Below, piece after piece: positions 17,739-28,064 of a stretch of DNA of 64,000 bases. This stretch comes from an uncultured archaeon. Its GTDB lineage: Archaea > Iainarchaeota > Iainarchaeia > Iainarchaeales > GCA-2688035. Below the pieces are notes generated by a model, which made no database searches, was not told the DNA's origin, and worked only from the letters and a program-made list of their open reading frames with translations. The number at the start of each line of letters is the position of its first letter. Positions within the stretch are counted from its first letter, which is position 1. The translations under genes were made by a program, and so were the position numbers. The stretch covers positions 96,001 to 160,000 of the forward strand of contig CAYHBD010000009.1 in assembly GCA_964354805.1 (NCBI GenBank). The letters are read 5' to 3'.

Positions 17739-20700
17739 CTATGGTATTGGTCCAACACTGCTAAAATCAATTTGTTGGAATCCAATTCCTCCCTGCGAAA
17801 TGGGTTTTAATGCAGGAGAATTAGCAAGCAAAGTGAACTTGTCATTACTATAATCTTCAAACAAGGGGTCTGCAACTATTGGGTCTTGATCAAATCCTTT
17901 TTGTTTCCACTCCTCAAGATTCCAATTGGGGTTTGTACGATAGTTGGGATTATAATAAAGATTAAAATTTGAATAATCAATTGAATGAATCTCTTGTTTC
18001 GTTATAAGTTTTCCATCATTTTCGTAATAGACAATATTTCTTGTAAACCTGTTGCCAGAGGGCATTCTATTAGTAAATGGATCCACTATATCCTCCAAAT
18101 CCGGAGAACCCCCAGCATAATTTAACTGACTCAGGCCACCTTCAGCGAAAATATTGTTCTCAACAACATTATCAAAATTTCGAACAAGAAGCAAAGCGCC
18201 CCACGAGGCCCTATAAACTACATTATTTTTAACTTGGATATCCTTGCTGCCCATGTCCAAATAAATTCCGACGATTCCCCAATCAGTAAGGTGTTTATTG
18301 GTCTTAACTATATCGTGACAAATATTATTTCTGACTATTGTCCCTGGTTGTTTGCCCACAAGATAGATGGCTGCACCATCATTTAACTCTTGCATTACAT
18401 GATGAACCTCGTTATACTCAATTATATTATTGCTGACTAAAGTATCGTATGCATACCATCTCCATCCAACAGAAATTCCAGTGTAAGTAGTATCGTAAAC
18501 CAGATTATGCGAGATTTTATTGCCCCCGCTCATTAAAACCAATATCCCAGCACCCTCTTTATAGACCGCATTTGTGTTGTGAATCCTATTATTCGAAATC
18601 GTGTTATTCTTTGTTAAGTTTTCATTAACATCAATACCAACCTTAATGCCCCCAGCGCCTGTGTCAAATATATCATTTCCGATTATTTGAAGATTTTCAG
18701 AATAACTGTATAAAGCATAAGCGCCGGTATTTTTAATGACATTATTCTCAAACTTGCAATTTCTACAAAACTCAAAACTTACAGCAGCAGGAACTGGAAT
18801 ATTAAACCCTGTTTGTATACCATAATAACCATTCGCTGGAAGCCACCAATCAGAATCAGCAAAAGTAAGCCCTTTGAAATTTATGTTTTCGGCAAACGTA
18901 AGAACTAATCTAGTATCCACATCAAATCGCAGAGCCTTTCCTATCTTACCCTCAACAAATTGCTGTTTACCAACTAATGTAATATTCTTGAAATTTCCAG
19001 ATACGTCATTAAGACTGCCTTCAAAAGGAACGTGAAGGATTAAACCATTTGTTATATCCTTCGCATTAAACAACTCTTCTACCTCACTCTGGCTTAAGCT
19101 CCTGTTGAATATCCTCAATTCATCCATAGCCCCTACAAAACCATCACAATAAGGGGGTTTTCCAATTTCAGGAGAGTCAAGTTTCATATTGGGATAAAAA
19201 TCAATCGGCACTTCCCCTTCATATTCGCCATCAATATAACAAATAAATTTTTTACTTTCCTTATTCTCCCTGTCAAAAACACCAGTAATCAAATGCCATT
19301 GAGCATCACTGACAATAGTATTCCCACAAATAGTTTCTGTATATTTGCTGCCATCTCCAATTAAAAATTTTATTTTCCCTCTACTAAGCCCAAACCGATA
19401 GCCATTCCCAGCACCTGCATTACCCACTGTATACATCCTGATTGATGTAGAAGCAGTGTTAACCCAATGAGAAATAGTAAAAGAACCTGCCAAATTTAAA
19501 CCATTTTCTTCACCGTTAACCTTAACAAGTTGATTTAAAATAGGGGCAACAATTTCAGAACTATCTACTTTTTTTCCAGGCAAAGGCCAGTAATACAATT
19601 TTCCAGCATGCTTATCAAGATACCATTCACCAGGGCTATCGAGCCCTTCAAAAACATTTTCAACATAATACCTTCCTGTACTAGGGTTATAATCATAGTC
19701 ATACCCCCTGTCTATTGGCAGGCTGCCAACAAAATAAACCTTTTGCCCTTCCACCCTGGCTATCTTAAATCTTGACTCCTTCCATCTCCTATAAGAAATA
19801 ACCTCAACATCATTAAGATTTGTCCATTTAGCACTAATATCACTACCACTAAAATTAAATGCAGTAAGATTTGTGCCAGCATCTACACCATTAATATAGT
19901 AAAAGCCCTCGTCCGGCTCCCTTGCCCTCACAGCCCTTTTGCCATCCACAAAAAGAGAATTAAAATCACCATACTGGCCCAAAAAAGAAGAAACATCAGC
20001 AACATAAATTCCACCTTTATAGGGTTTCCAATCTAACTTTAATTTTTTCCCTCCAGAAATAACCACTTCTTCTCCAGGGTAAGCCTGGTAAGTAATTGGC
20101 TTATCAGAAGCCCCAGAGTCTTCAAAGGTAAGGTTAAATGTCTTATCCAATCGATAAACCCCTCCCCGAACATAAACATTTACCGGGGCATTAAACCTAT
20201 TTTGCTGCTTTAAACCCCTAACAGCATCCCTTGCTTTCTCCAAAGTCTTAAAAGGACTATCAATTGTCCCCAAACCGTTATCATTCCCAGACGCAGAAAC
20301 ATAATAACAAATTGTCCCAGGAACCGGGCAAGCTGGTGGTGAACAGTCGTTGTCCACAAAGTAGTTACAATCTGCTGGACAGCAACCGTCGCCATTTTGG
20401 CATCTGGTGATTGGCGTGTGGAGGCAAGCATTGTTTGTATCGCAAATGTCAACAGTGCACGCGTTTTGGTCATTGCACTGTGAGTCATTGTAGCATTCAA
20501 TTGGGTTTATGCATTCCCCCAGGCAGCATTGGGTTGTGCCTGTTGCAAGAACAACAGACCTCGAGCAAACCTTGTTGCTTGGGCAGAGTGTTCCCCCCAT
20601 TTCATCACATGTTTTGAGCACGCACCCGCCGCTGACACATTTCTTATTCGGGTCACAGGTCACGTTTTTGCAGGGGTCAGGAGTGCCCTCCTCACAGTCA

Positions 20701-21308
20701 CTTGGGCAGCATCTATCGCTATCAAATGCTGATATAAAATTACTCGGGCATGTTTCATTACTCGAGCATATCCTGCCACTTTGTGCAGCACATGTCAGCG
20801 TAGTGCAATCGCTGTCATTTAAGTGGCTGCAGTTACTTGGGCAACATCCATCACCTGAGTTGCAGTTGATTATCTGACTATGCGAGCACTTTTTTGGGGC
20901 ACCGCTGCAAACATCACTTGTGCAACTGGCCCCATCATCGCAGTCTGAATTTTTCTGGCACTCATCCAGCGTTACTGGCTTTTTGTAAACGCATAAAACT
21001 TCTGTTCCTTTTTCATCAAGCCATGCTTCAAGCTGGTTTTCATTCTTTTTAATCAAAAAATACAAATGGGGTTTCTCTTCGAACTGTCGACCGCATTTCT
21101 CCATAATTGTGTTTATTTGTGATTTTACCTGGCTTTTTTCCCAAAGACTGCTTGTAATTGCTGCGTCAGGATTTTCTGCAAGAAATTCCTTCACTCTTGA
21201 ATCAGCTTTAACTACATTAATTGGATCCTGCGGGCCAACGCACCCGCCCAAAGCAACTGCTACAAAAAACAAAACAAAAAGCAATATCACGCCTATTCTT
21301 TCCATCAA
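17739..21308 (-). CDS. Large lipoprotein-like surface protein: Cys-rich repeats, parallel beta-helix domain and inserted LamG domain
   Basis: Lipobox ALGGC; CxDxxxCTxDxC repeats; YYVS..GND...GT...PF.TL..A..AVR beta-helix start; WHLITGVF and F.G.MDELRIFNR.L (LamG). Confidence 0.85.
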   Translation of the reverse strand: MMERIGVILLFVLFFVAVALGGCVGPQDPINVVKADSRVKEFLAENPDAAITSSLWEKSQVKSQINTIMEKCGRQFEEKPHLYFLIKKNENQLEAWLDEKGTEVLCVYKKPVTLDECQKNSDCDDGASCTSDVCSGAPKKCSHSQIINCNSGDGCCPSNCSHLNDSDCTTLTCAAQSGRICSSNETCPSNFISAFDSDRCCPSDCEEGTPDPCKNVTCDPNKKCVSGGCVLKTCDEMGGTLCPSNKVCSRSVVLATGTTQCCLGECINPIECYNDSQCNDQNACTVDICDTNNACLHTPITRCQNGDGCCPADCNYFVDNDCSPPACPVPGTICYYVSASGNDNGLGTIDSPFKTLEKARDAVRGLKQQNRFNAPVNVYVRGGVYRLDKTFNLTFEDSGASDKPITYQAYPGEEVVISGGKKLKLDWKPYKGGIYVADVSSFLGQYGDFNSLFVDGKRAVRAREPDEGFYYINGVDAGTNLTAFNFSGSDISAKWTNLNDVEVISYRRWKESRFKIARVEGQKVYFVGSLPIDRGYDYDYNPSTGRYYVENVFEGLDSPGEWYLDKHAGKLYYWPLPGKKVDSSEIVAPILNQLVKVNGEENGLNLAGSFTISHWVNTASTSIRMYTVGNAGAGNGYRFGLSRGKIKFLIGDGSKYTETICGNTIVSDAQWHLITGVFDRENKESKKFICYIDGEYEGEVPIDFYPNMKLDSPEIGKPPYCDGFVGAMDELRIFNRSLSQSEVEELFNAKDITNGLILHVPFEGSLNDVSGNFKNITLVGKQQFVEGKIGKALRFDVDTRLVLTFAENINFKGLTFADSDWWLPANGYYGIQTGFNIPVPAAVSFEFCRNCKFENNVIKNTGAYALYSYSENLQIIGNDIFDTGAGGIKVGIDVNENLTKNNTISNNRIHNTNAVYKEGAGILVLMSGGNKISHNLVYDTTYTGISVGWRWYAYDTLVSNNIIEYNEVHHVMQELNDGAAIYLVGKQPGTIVRNNICHDIVKTNKHLTDWGIVGIYLDMGSKDIQVKNNVVYRASWGALLLVRNFDNVVENNIFAEGGLSQLNYAGGSPDLEDIVDPFTNRMPSGNRFTRNIVYYENDGKLITKQEIHSIDYSNFNLYYNPNYRTNPNWNLEEWKQKGFDQDPIVADPLFEDYSNDKFTLLANSPALKPISQGGIGFQQIDFSSVGPIP

Positions 21309-21450
21309 TAAAAAATAGTAAACTTTGAAATATTTAAACAGGCAGGATGCCTGAATTTTGGGATAAAATTACTTAAACGCAAAAAACCTTCAAAAATCAA
21401 CTAATGGAATTTGCCTGCGGGAAGAAAAGCGAATAAACCAAGCGATTTTG

Positions 21451-21864
21451 TTAAAGCATTTTTTCAATTTCTTTTGTTGTTAGAACCTTTATTTCGTTTT
21501 GCTGCCTGAAGTGCTTGTCATCTGACCAGATTGGCTTGTTTCCAAGCTCTATTGAAAGGGCTATGAACGGAACATCGTCGGCATCAATTCCCTTCATTAT
21601 CCCAAGCGCTTTGTTGATTGATTTTTTTGATATTTCATTTTCTGACAAGACAGCTATTTTTGACAGGAGATGTTTCATTAAAAAGTTGAATTGCTGCTCG
21701 TTTATTCCAGCCTTCTTTTTTATCAGCGCTTTGTATTTTCCCACTTCTTTTAGCCCAAATTCCACGGTGTATAAAGAAAATTTTTTGCTCAGAATTATTC
21801 TCCTGCTTACGCTGTCTCTTATGAGCGCGGCGATAATTCTGTTCGTGTCCACAATCAGCTCCAT
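21451..21864 (-). CDS. vapC: PIN-domain toxin (VapC-like)
   Basis: IVDTN, D.DD.PFIAL and IWSDD.HF. Confidence 0.9.
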   Translation of the reverse strand: MELIVDTNRIIAALIRDSVSRRIILSKKFSLYTVEFGLKEVGKYKALIKKKAGINEQQFNFLMKHLLSKIAVLSENEISKKSINKALGIMKGIDADDVPFIALSIELGNKPIWSDDKHFRQQNEIKVLTTKEIEKML

Positions 21865-22094
21865 GAGCCAAACCTTTTCTCAAAACGCCGCCTGATTTCT
21901 GCCTTGATACCGTGCCCTATTTCCTCGGCATCAGCCTCTGAAAGAGCGCTGTCCTTCAGGATTTTGTCCATAAACTCCAGCTCCCTGACCCTTTCCTCAA
22001 ATGTTTCCCTCGCAATGCTGCTCCACCTGATTTCATTATGCTTTGACATTCTTTTATGCAATTCATCCGGAATAGCCAGAGTCATATTAGCCAC
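21855..22094 (-). CDS. Ribbon-helix-helix antitoxin
   Basis: NMTLAIPDEL...M..H.EI.WS..AR; overlaps the PIN gene. Confidence 0.85.
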   Translation of the reverse strand: MANMTLAIPDELHKRMSKHNEIRWSSIARETFEERVRELEFMDKILKDSALSEADAEEIGHGIKAEIRRRFEKRFGSWS

Positions 22095-22326
22095 AAAAAA
22101 TCACCAAATAGATTATGTGAAAACACATATTTAAACATATGCCCGGCGGCCGGGGCAAAAAGAAATAAAAAAAGAATTAATGAGGCGGGAAAAATTTATT
22201 TAAATTCTTTTTCTTTCCCTTAAAAAGGGGGTTGAATATCTTTCTTTGATTTATAAATTAATTGACAAAAGAAATATAACTATTTAACACCCTTTTAAAT
22301 TATAACCAATTTTAACGGTTTTGCAT

Positions 22327-24711
22327 ATGGACCTTGATTTCCACAAAATAGAGCAAAAATGGCAGGCGCACTGGGAAAAGAATAAGATATACAAATTCAA
22401 CCCAAAAAGCAAGCAGCCTGTTTACAGCATAGACTCACCGCCGCCGACTGTTTCTGGGACAATGCACCTGGGGCACGCATTTGCATTCACCCAGCAGGAC
22501 TTCATTGCACGCTACAAAAAAATGCGCGGTTTCAACGTTTTCCACCCGTTCGGCTTTGATAACAACGGCCTGGCAACAGCGCTGATGGTTGAAAAAAAGC
22601 TTGGAATAAAACAGAAGAATTTCCAGAGAGACGAATTCATCAAAATCGTTCTGAAGGAAACAGCGGAAGAAGAGCGCAAGATGCTTGCAGCATTCAAAAG
22701 CATTGGATTAAGCGTTGACTGGAGCCTTTTATACAGGACAATTGATGAGCTTGCAAGGAAAACAGCGCAATACAGCTTCCTTGATTTGTTCAAGCAGGGC
22801 AGGCTTTACCAGAAAGACGCTCCAACAATGTGGTGCCCGAGCTGCGAGACAGCGGTAGCACAGGCAGAGCTTGAGGACAGGGAAATTGAAAGCACCTTCA
22901 ACGACATTGTTTTCAAAACAGAGCAGGGAAAAGAGGTAATAATTGCAACAACAAGGCCGGAATTGCTGCCTGCGTGTGTTGCTGTTTTCGTTCACCCAAG
23001 CGATGAAAGATTCAATCACTTGGTTGGAAAAAAATTAAAGGTGCCGTTGTTTGATTTGCTTGTTCCAGTGCTTGAGGACCAGAGAGCAGACCCTGAAAAA
23101 GGGACAGGAATTGTAATGTGCTGCACTTTCGGAGACCAGACAGACATGGAATGGTATCAGGCGCACAACCTGCCAATGAGGGTTGCAATAACAAAAGACG
23201 GCAGAATGAACGAACTCGCGGGAAAATTCAAAGGCATGACTCTTGTTGAAGCAAGGAAAGCGGTTATTGAGGATTTGCGCAAAGAAGGTCTGCTTAAAGC
23301 ACAAAAGCCGATAAAGCACGCTGTGAATGTTCATGAGAGATGCAAAACAGAAATGGAGATTCTGCCAAGCAAACAGTGGTTTATACACTACCTTGACTTG
23401 AAAGACGAGTACATAGTGAAAGCCGATGCATTGCAATGGGTTCCAAAATTCATGAAATCAAGGTATGACAACTGGATCAAGGGATTGCAGTGGGACTGGT
23501 GCATTTCAAGGCAGCGCTATTATGGTGTGCCGTTCCCGGTATGGTACTGCAAGAAATGCGGAGAGGTAATGCTGGCTGAAGAAAAGCAATTGCCTGTTGA
23601 TCCCCTAAAAGACAATCCCTTAAAGAAATGCAAGTGCGGAAGCGGCGAATTTGTTGGGGAGAAAGACACTCTTGACACATGGTTCATTTCATCGCTCACT
23701 CCGCAGATCAACTGCAAATGGGCCGAGGATTCCGCTTTCTTCAAAAAAATGTTCCCAATGGATTTGAGGCCGCAGGGACATGACATTATTGCATTGTGGG
23801 CGTTCAACACAATTGTCAAAGCATTGTTCCACCAGCAGCAGCTGCCCTGGAAAACAATTACAATAAACGGCTGGGCGCTTGATTCCAAAGGAAAAAAGAT
23901 GTCAAAGAGCCTGGGCAATGTAATAAAGCCAGAGGAAATGATCCAGAAATACTGCGCTGACGCACTGCGCTACTGGGCAGGCCTGCCTGTATTGGGAGAG
24001 GACGTTCCATTCATGGAAAAGGAAATGGTTGCGGGAAAAAAGTTTTTGGTGAAACTGCACAATGCCGCAATGTTTGTTGCAAACTCAACAAAAGGCGTGA
24101 AAATCGGGAAAATCAATAAAAAGGAATTAATGCCTGAGGACAAAGCGATTTTGAGCAAGCTGAACAGGCTGATAAAAGAATGCACTGATGCCTGTGAAAG
24201 GTTTGAGTTCAGCAAGGCACTGAATCCAGCAAGGAATTTCTTCTGGCTGCAGTTCGCTGACTTTTACATTGAGGAAGTTAAAACAAGGGTTTACAACAAA
24301 AAAGACAAAAGCGGGAAAATAGCTGCAGCCATATTGCAGGAAGCAATTTGGGATTGCCTGCTTTTGCTTGCGCCATTTTTGCCGCACACAACGGAGGAAA
24401 TAGCGCAGACAATGTTCAAGCACAAGCTGAAAGAGGAAAGCATTCATTTGCTACAATGGCCCTCGGCAGATGAAAAAATGATTGATGAAAAAGCAGAGCA
24501 AACAGGCGAACTGATTAATGAGGTCATTGCAGCAATGAGGAAAGAGAAAAGCAAAGCGCAAAAGCCGATGAATGCGGAAGTGCAAAAAGCAATTGTTTCA
24601 TTGGCTGAACCGGAAAAGCTAAAGGAAGGGCTTGACACTATTAAAAGGACAATGAACCTAAAGGAAATTGAATTAAAGAAAGGCGAGTTGGCAGTTGAAT
24701 TGGAATTCTGA
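22327..24711 (+). CDS. valS: Valyl-tRNA synthetase (archaeal type)
   Basis: PPPTVSG..HLGH, ATTRPE, GTG.VMCCTFGD, WCISRQR, KMSKS. Confidence 0.97.
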   Translation: MDLDFHKIEQKWQAHWEKNKIYKFNPKSKQPVYSIDSPPPTVSGTMHLGHAFAFTQQDFIARYKKMRGFNVFHPFGFDNNGLATALMVEKKLGIKQKNFQRDEFIKIVLKETAEEERKMLAAFKSIGLSVDWSLLYRTIDELARKTAQYSFLDLFKQGRLYQKDAPTMWCPSCETAVAQAELEDREIESTFNDIVFKTEQGKEVIIATTRPELLPACVAVFVHPSDERFNHLVGKKLKVPLFDLLVPVLEDQRADPEKGTGIVMCCTFGDQTDMEWYQAHNLPMRVAITKDGRMNELAGKFKGMTLVEARKAVIEDLRKEGLLKAQKPIKHAVNVHERCKTEMEILPSKQWFIHYLDLKDEYIVKADALQWVPKFMKSRYDNWIKGLQWDWCISRQRYYGVPFPVWYCKKCGEVMLAEEKQLPVDPLKDNPLKKCKCGSGEFVGEKDTLDTWFISSLTPQINCKWAEDSAFFKKMFPMDLRPQGHDIIALWAFNTIVKALFHQQQLPWKTITINGWALDSKGKKMSKSLGNVIKPEEMIQKYCADALRYWAGLPVLGEDVPFMEKEMVAGKKFLVKLHNAAMFVANSTKGVKIGKINKKELMPEDKAILSKLNRLIKECTDACERFEFSKALNPARNFFWLQFADFYIEEVKTRVYNKKDKSGKIAAAILQEAIWDCLLLLAPFLPHTTEEIAQTMFKHKLKEESIHLLQWPSADEKMIDEKAEQTGELINEVIAAMRKEKSKAQKPMNAEVQKAIVSLAEPEKLKEGLDTIKRTMNLKEIELKKGELAVELEF

Positions 24712-24761
24712 AAAAAATTGAAGAAAGAAAAGGCGAGCTTGCGGTTGAAATGCAATTCTGA
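24664..24761 (+). repeat. Diverged tandem copy of the valS 3' end
   Basis: EIELKKGELAVELEF* versus KIEERKGELAVEMQF* (24714-24761). Confidence 0.85.
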
Positions 24762-24854
24762 GGGATAGTGGCAAAAAAATCAAAAATACCACTTATTTAA
24801 AGGTTTCTACTTTTATCGAAACATTTATATATAAATTGTGCAGCATATTGTATT

Positions 24855-25445
24855 ATGCGGAAGGCAGAGTTTGTTTTCAGGGAATTGCTTTTTCAGGTGC
24901 TTGAAAAAAGGGCGTATTCCTTTACCCAAAAGGATTTAAGCAGCAGGCTGAATATCAGCCTGAGCAATGTAAACCATGCCTTGCTCAGGCTGAGGGCAAT
25001 GAACGCAGTCAAAGTAAAGCCAATGGGCTGCTCTGTTGTGAATGCAAAGAAGATCCTGTTCCACTGGGCTTGCAGCAGGAACCTGCAAAAGGACATTGTG
25101 TACAGCACAAGGGCTGAAATGCCTGTCAGGGAGATTGAGAAAAACATGCCTGCTGATGCAATTTTCACTGCTTACAGCGGATTCAAATTCAAATTCAATG
25201 ATGCGCCTGCTGACTACAGCGAGGTGTATGTTTACGCTGCTGACTTGGATGAAATGCGCAAAAGGTTTCCGCATTCGGCGAAGCAGCCAAACCTTTTCGT
25301 ATTGCAGTGCGATGCAATAATGCAAAGGCATGGAAACATTGCCCCAACAGGACAGTTATTCGCTGACTTGTGGAATTTGCCTGAATGGTATGCGCGAGAC
25401 TTCCTTAAAGCGCTGGAGGCGAAAATCGATGCCCTACTGGAATGA
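24855..25445 (+). CDS. HTH-containing protein, AbiEi-like antitoxin of a type IV TA-like pair
   Basis: N-terminal HTH (FTQKDLS..L.ISLS.VN); Q.F.DLWN....A..F near the C-terminus. Confidence 0.65.
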   Translation: MRKAEFVFRELLFQVLEKRAYSFTQKDLSSRLNISLSNVNHALLRLRAMNAVKVKPMGCSVVNAKKILFHWACSRNLQKDIVYSTRAEMPVREIEKNMPADAIFTAYSGFKFKFNDAPADYSEVYVYAADLDEMRKRFPHSAKQPNLFVLQCDAIMQRHGNIAPTGQLFADLWNLPEWYARDFLKALEAKIDALLE

Positions 25446-26049
25446 ACTGGTAACTGAAAAAAGCTGGCGAAAACTGGCGGAACTGCGCCAGCAAAAAATA
25501 CGGTTTGTTTTAATCGGAGGCTGGGCGGCATGGCTTTACACAAAATCGCTAAAAAGCAAAGACATTGACATAATTGTGGGCTTTTCTGAATTAAGCAAGC
25601 TGCGCCAATTGTTTGATTTGACCAAAAATGATAGGCTGAAAAAATACCAGTTCGTTTTGGACGAAATTGACGTTGACGTTTATGTTGAACACTTTTCACT
25701 ACTGGCAATTCCAGTGGAAGAGGCCATGAAAGAAATAACACAAATAGAGGGCTTTACAGTAGTAAAGCCAGAAATGCTGTTGATTCTGAAGCAGGGCGCG
25801 GAAGAAGCAAGGCAAAAAAGCGAAAAGGGCCTGAAGGACAGAATCGACATAATTGAACTGCTGCTGAAAGCAGGCATAAACTTTTCAGAATACAACAAAA
25901 CACTGCAAAGGCACGGCATTGAACACTTCAGGCAGAGGCTGATTGAAATACTGCAAAACTTCAGTGAAACAAAATACCTGAACCTCAACCCAAGGGAATT
26001 CAAAAAAAAGAAGCAACAACTGCTGCGTGAAATAAAAGAAACCAAATAA
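25429..26049 (+). CDS. Nucleotidyltransferase-fold protein (AbiEii-like)
   Basis: LIGGWA...Y....SKDIDI and K..KDRIDI; overlaps the HTH gene. Confidence 0.75.
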   Translation: MPYWNELVTEKSWRKLAELRQQKIRFVLIGGWAAWLYTKSLKSKDIDIIVGFSELSKLRQLFDLTKNDRLKKYQFVLDEIDVDVYVEHFSLLAIPVEEAMKEITQIEGFTVVKPEMLLILKQGAEEARQKSEKGLKDRIDIIELLLKAGINFSEYNKTLQRHGIEHFRQRLIEILQNFSETKYLNLNPREFKKKKQQLLREIKETK

Positions 26050-26131
26050 TTGCAGGACAGCTGGGTCAAATTTTTTAACGGCAGTAAAGCCCAAACAGAA
26101 AAAAACAAATTCAGGCTCAAATTTAAAACAA

Positions 26132-26153
26132 TTAAATTTTTATTAAAGAAAGC
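26132..26153 (+). promoter_or_regulatory. Shared promoter motif of the WKRGEI family, TTAAATTTTTATT(A/C)AAGAAAG
   Basis: Near-identical copies at 37694-37715, 39914-39935 and 41500-41520, a variant at about 43645-43664; each begins about 40 nt before the start codon. Confidence 0.7.
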
Positions 26154-26174
26154 GCTTTATTTAACTGGATAAAA

Positions 26175-27905
26175 ATGAGACGCAATCCCGCATTTTTTGT
26201 AATTGCTTTTCTTGCAGCATTTTTGCTAGTGAGCAATGGCTGCTATGCCCAAGCCTTTGAGCATTCGCTCCATTTTTTTCAAATCAGGTATGGTGACAGT
26301 ATGGGGGAGCCTCTTCCAGCCGGCAAAGTTGAGTTCACAATCGGGCCTAATGCATATGACGGCTTGCTGCAGTATGCGTATGTATCGTTTATGACAATTA
26401 CCCCCCAGGAAAATGTTAGTAGGGGAGATGCTCCGGGTTATGTTGTTTCACTTGACCCGAGTGAAATAGACACTGTATACAGCCAAAAAGGATACTGGCG
26501 GGGCAACGTATATCGGGTAGATAAAAATGAGCTGCAAATAGCGGATATTCAAAAAATACACAAAGAATTAAATCCAAGCGATCCGGCATTATATTTTGGC
26601 GCTGAGTTGGATGCCAGCGAGAAACCAGCCAAGCCCGCTGGCTTAACAGATGCGGATTATCAGAATGGCAAAACAATTGTTGTTCCAGCAAGATATAATA
26701 ATGATGTACCGTTCCAGAGAAGGTTTTTTTTTAATTTAAATGCCGAGGCAGTGAGAGAATACATGATCCTGTACGCGTTAAAGCAAGCTGGGTCAAAAAA
26801 CATTTTTGTTGATGGTGCTTTTGTTAGTAACTGCCAGATTTGTGTTAATTGCGGTTTTTATTCAGGTGGGGAATGTCCTAAAGGAGAATTAGGAGAATCA
26901 AAAGAATTGCATTATATTTCCAACGAGAGCGCTTCTAGTCAAATAATTACTTACACCTCGCAAATAAATGGCATCCTCAACAAAATAAAGGGCAGCCGAC
27001 AGATTATACTTAATGGCTTTAGTTTAAGCCAATCCCACCCATCTACCGCAGAAGTGCTTCGTTGGCTGTTGGATCATGGTTCCACTAATTTTGATGGAAT
27101 AATGCTGGAAAACGGATTTTGGGGAGATGATCAGTTTTATGCCACTGATTTTTCTGCCAACGGGGGGCATGGCAATAACTGCATTGAGCCCTGGAAGTAT
27201 CAAGGATTGGGCTACAGGGATCATATATGCACTGATATCGAATATTATAGGAAGTATATATTGGAGTTAAAGAACACGAACAAGAAATTTTTGTTTGTAG
27301 CTGGAAGTGATGTTGAAGGCCACCCAGATTATTTAAAATTTGCTATAGGCAACCCTTTGATTGAAGATATATGGCTGTGGTTTCACCTTATTGCAAGCCA
27401 AAACACCTATTTCTATATCACGCAGACTACCCAAGAGCCAATGCTAAATTACCCAGTCTACGATTCTCCTTTGGGGGTGCCCTTAGAAGAAGAGGGGCCC
27501 AGCAAAGATGGCAATACCTGGTCCAGAGAATACGAAAGAGGCACAGTTGTTTTTGACACAACAAAAGGCTGCATAAGTGAAATCAAATTCATTGAAAAAG
27601 AAATATGCGACGGCAAAGACAACGACGGCGATACCCTTATCGATGAAGACAATGTCTGCTGCAACAACGGGCAATGCGATGCTGGCGAAACAGTTACAAC
27701 ATGCCCGCAAGACTGCAAGTGTGGCAATACCCTATGCGATGCAGGCGAAACATTTGAAACCTGCCCAGAGGATTGCCAAGAATGCGTTGATAACGAAAAA
27801 CTAGTAGGCGACTACATCCCCAAATGGAAAAGGGGAGAAATAACCATGCTTGTGCTGATGCAGAAAATCGCGGCACGAAACGCAGGAACAGGATGCCCGC
27901 AATAA
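26175..27905 (+). CDS. Secreted protein: putative glycoside hydrolase-like domain, Cys-rich repeats and WKRGEI C-terminal domain
   Basis: Signal peptide; LG.PL...W.REYERG.V resembles GHL15-type C-termini; CGN..CDAGET..TCP.DC repeats. Confidence 0.75.
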   Translation: MRRNPAFFVIAFLAAFLLVSNGCYAQAFEHSLHFFQIRYGDSMGEPLPAGKVEFTIGPNAYDGLLQYAYVSFMTITPQENVSRGDAPGYVVSLDPSEIDTVYSQKGYWRGNVYRVDKNELQIADIQKIHKELNPSDPALYFGAELDASEKPAKPAGLTDADYQNGKTIVVPARYNNDVPFQRRFFFNLNAEAVREYMILYALKQAGSKNIFVDGAFVSNCQICVNCGFYSGGECPKGELGESKELHYISNESASSQIITYTSQINGILNKIKGSRQIILNGFSLSQSHPSTAEVLRWLLDHGSTNFDGIMLENGFWGDDQFYATDFSANGGHGNNCIEPWKYQGLGYRDHICTDIEYYRKYILELKNTNKKFLFVAGSDVEGHPDYLKFAIGNPLIEDIWLWFHLIASQNTYFYITQTTQEPMLNYPVYDSPLGVPLEEEGPSKDGNTWSREYERGTVVFDTTKGCISEIKFIEKEICDGKDNDGDTLIDEDNVCCNNGQCDAGETVTTCPQDCKCGNTLCDAGETFETCPEDCQECVDNEKLVGDYIPKWKRGEITMLVLMQKIAARNAGTGCPQ

Positions 27906-28064
27906 AAAAAGTGGCGAAAGAAGAGTTAAACAATATTATTAAAGACTTTTTAAACGCAATTAATTGAAAGGGGCAAAAGAAAAGGGGCAATTGCAATGCA
28001 ACTCATCAGGCAGAAGCCTTTTTTGCTGATGCAAAAAAGCCTTGGGAAAGAAAGGTGCCAATAA

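Noticed and set aside
17725-17755. Second BHB intron removing the TAG of the 1189-aa gene
   Set aside because: GGAC/GUCC can pair, but the exon helix does not form and the 14-nt excision would shift the frame
22140-22157. tRNA or ncRNA at a short GC hairpin (also 45881-45902)
   Set aside because: Too short, with no cloverleaf or T-loop motif
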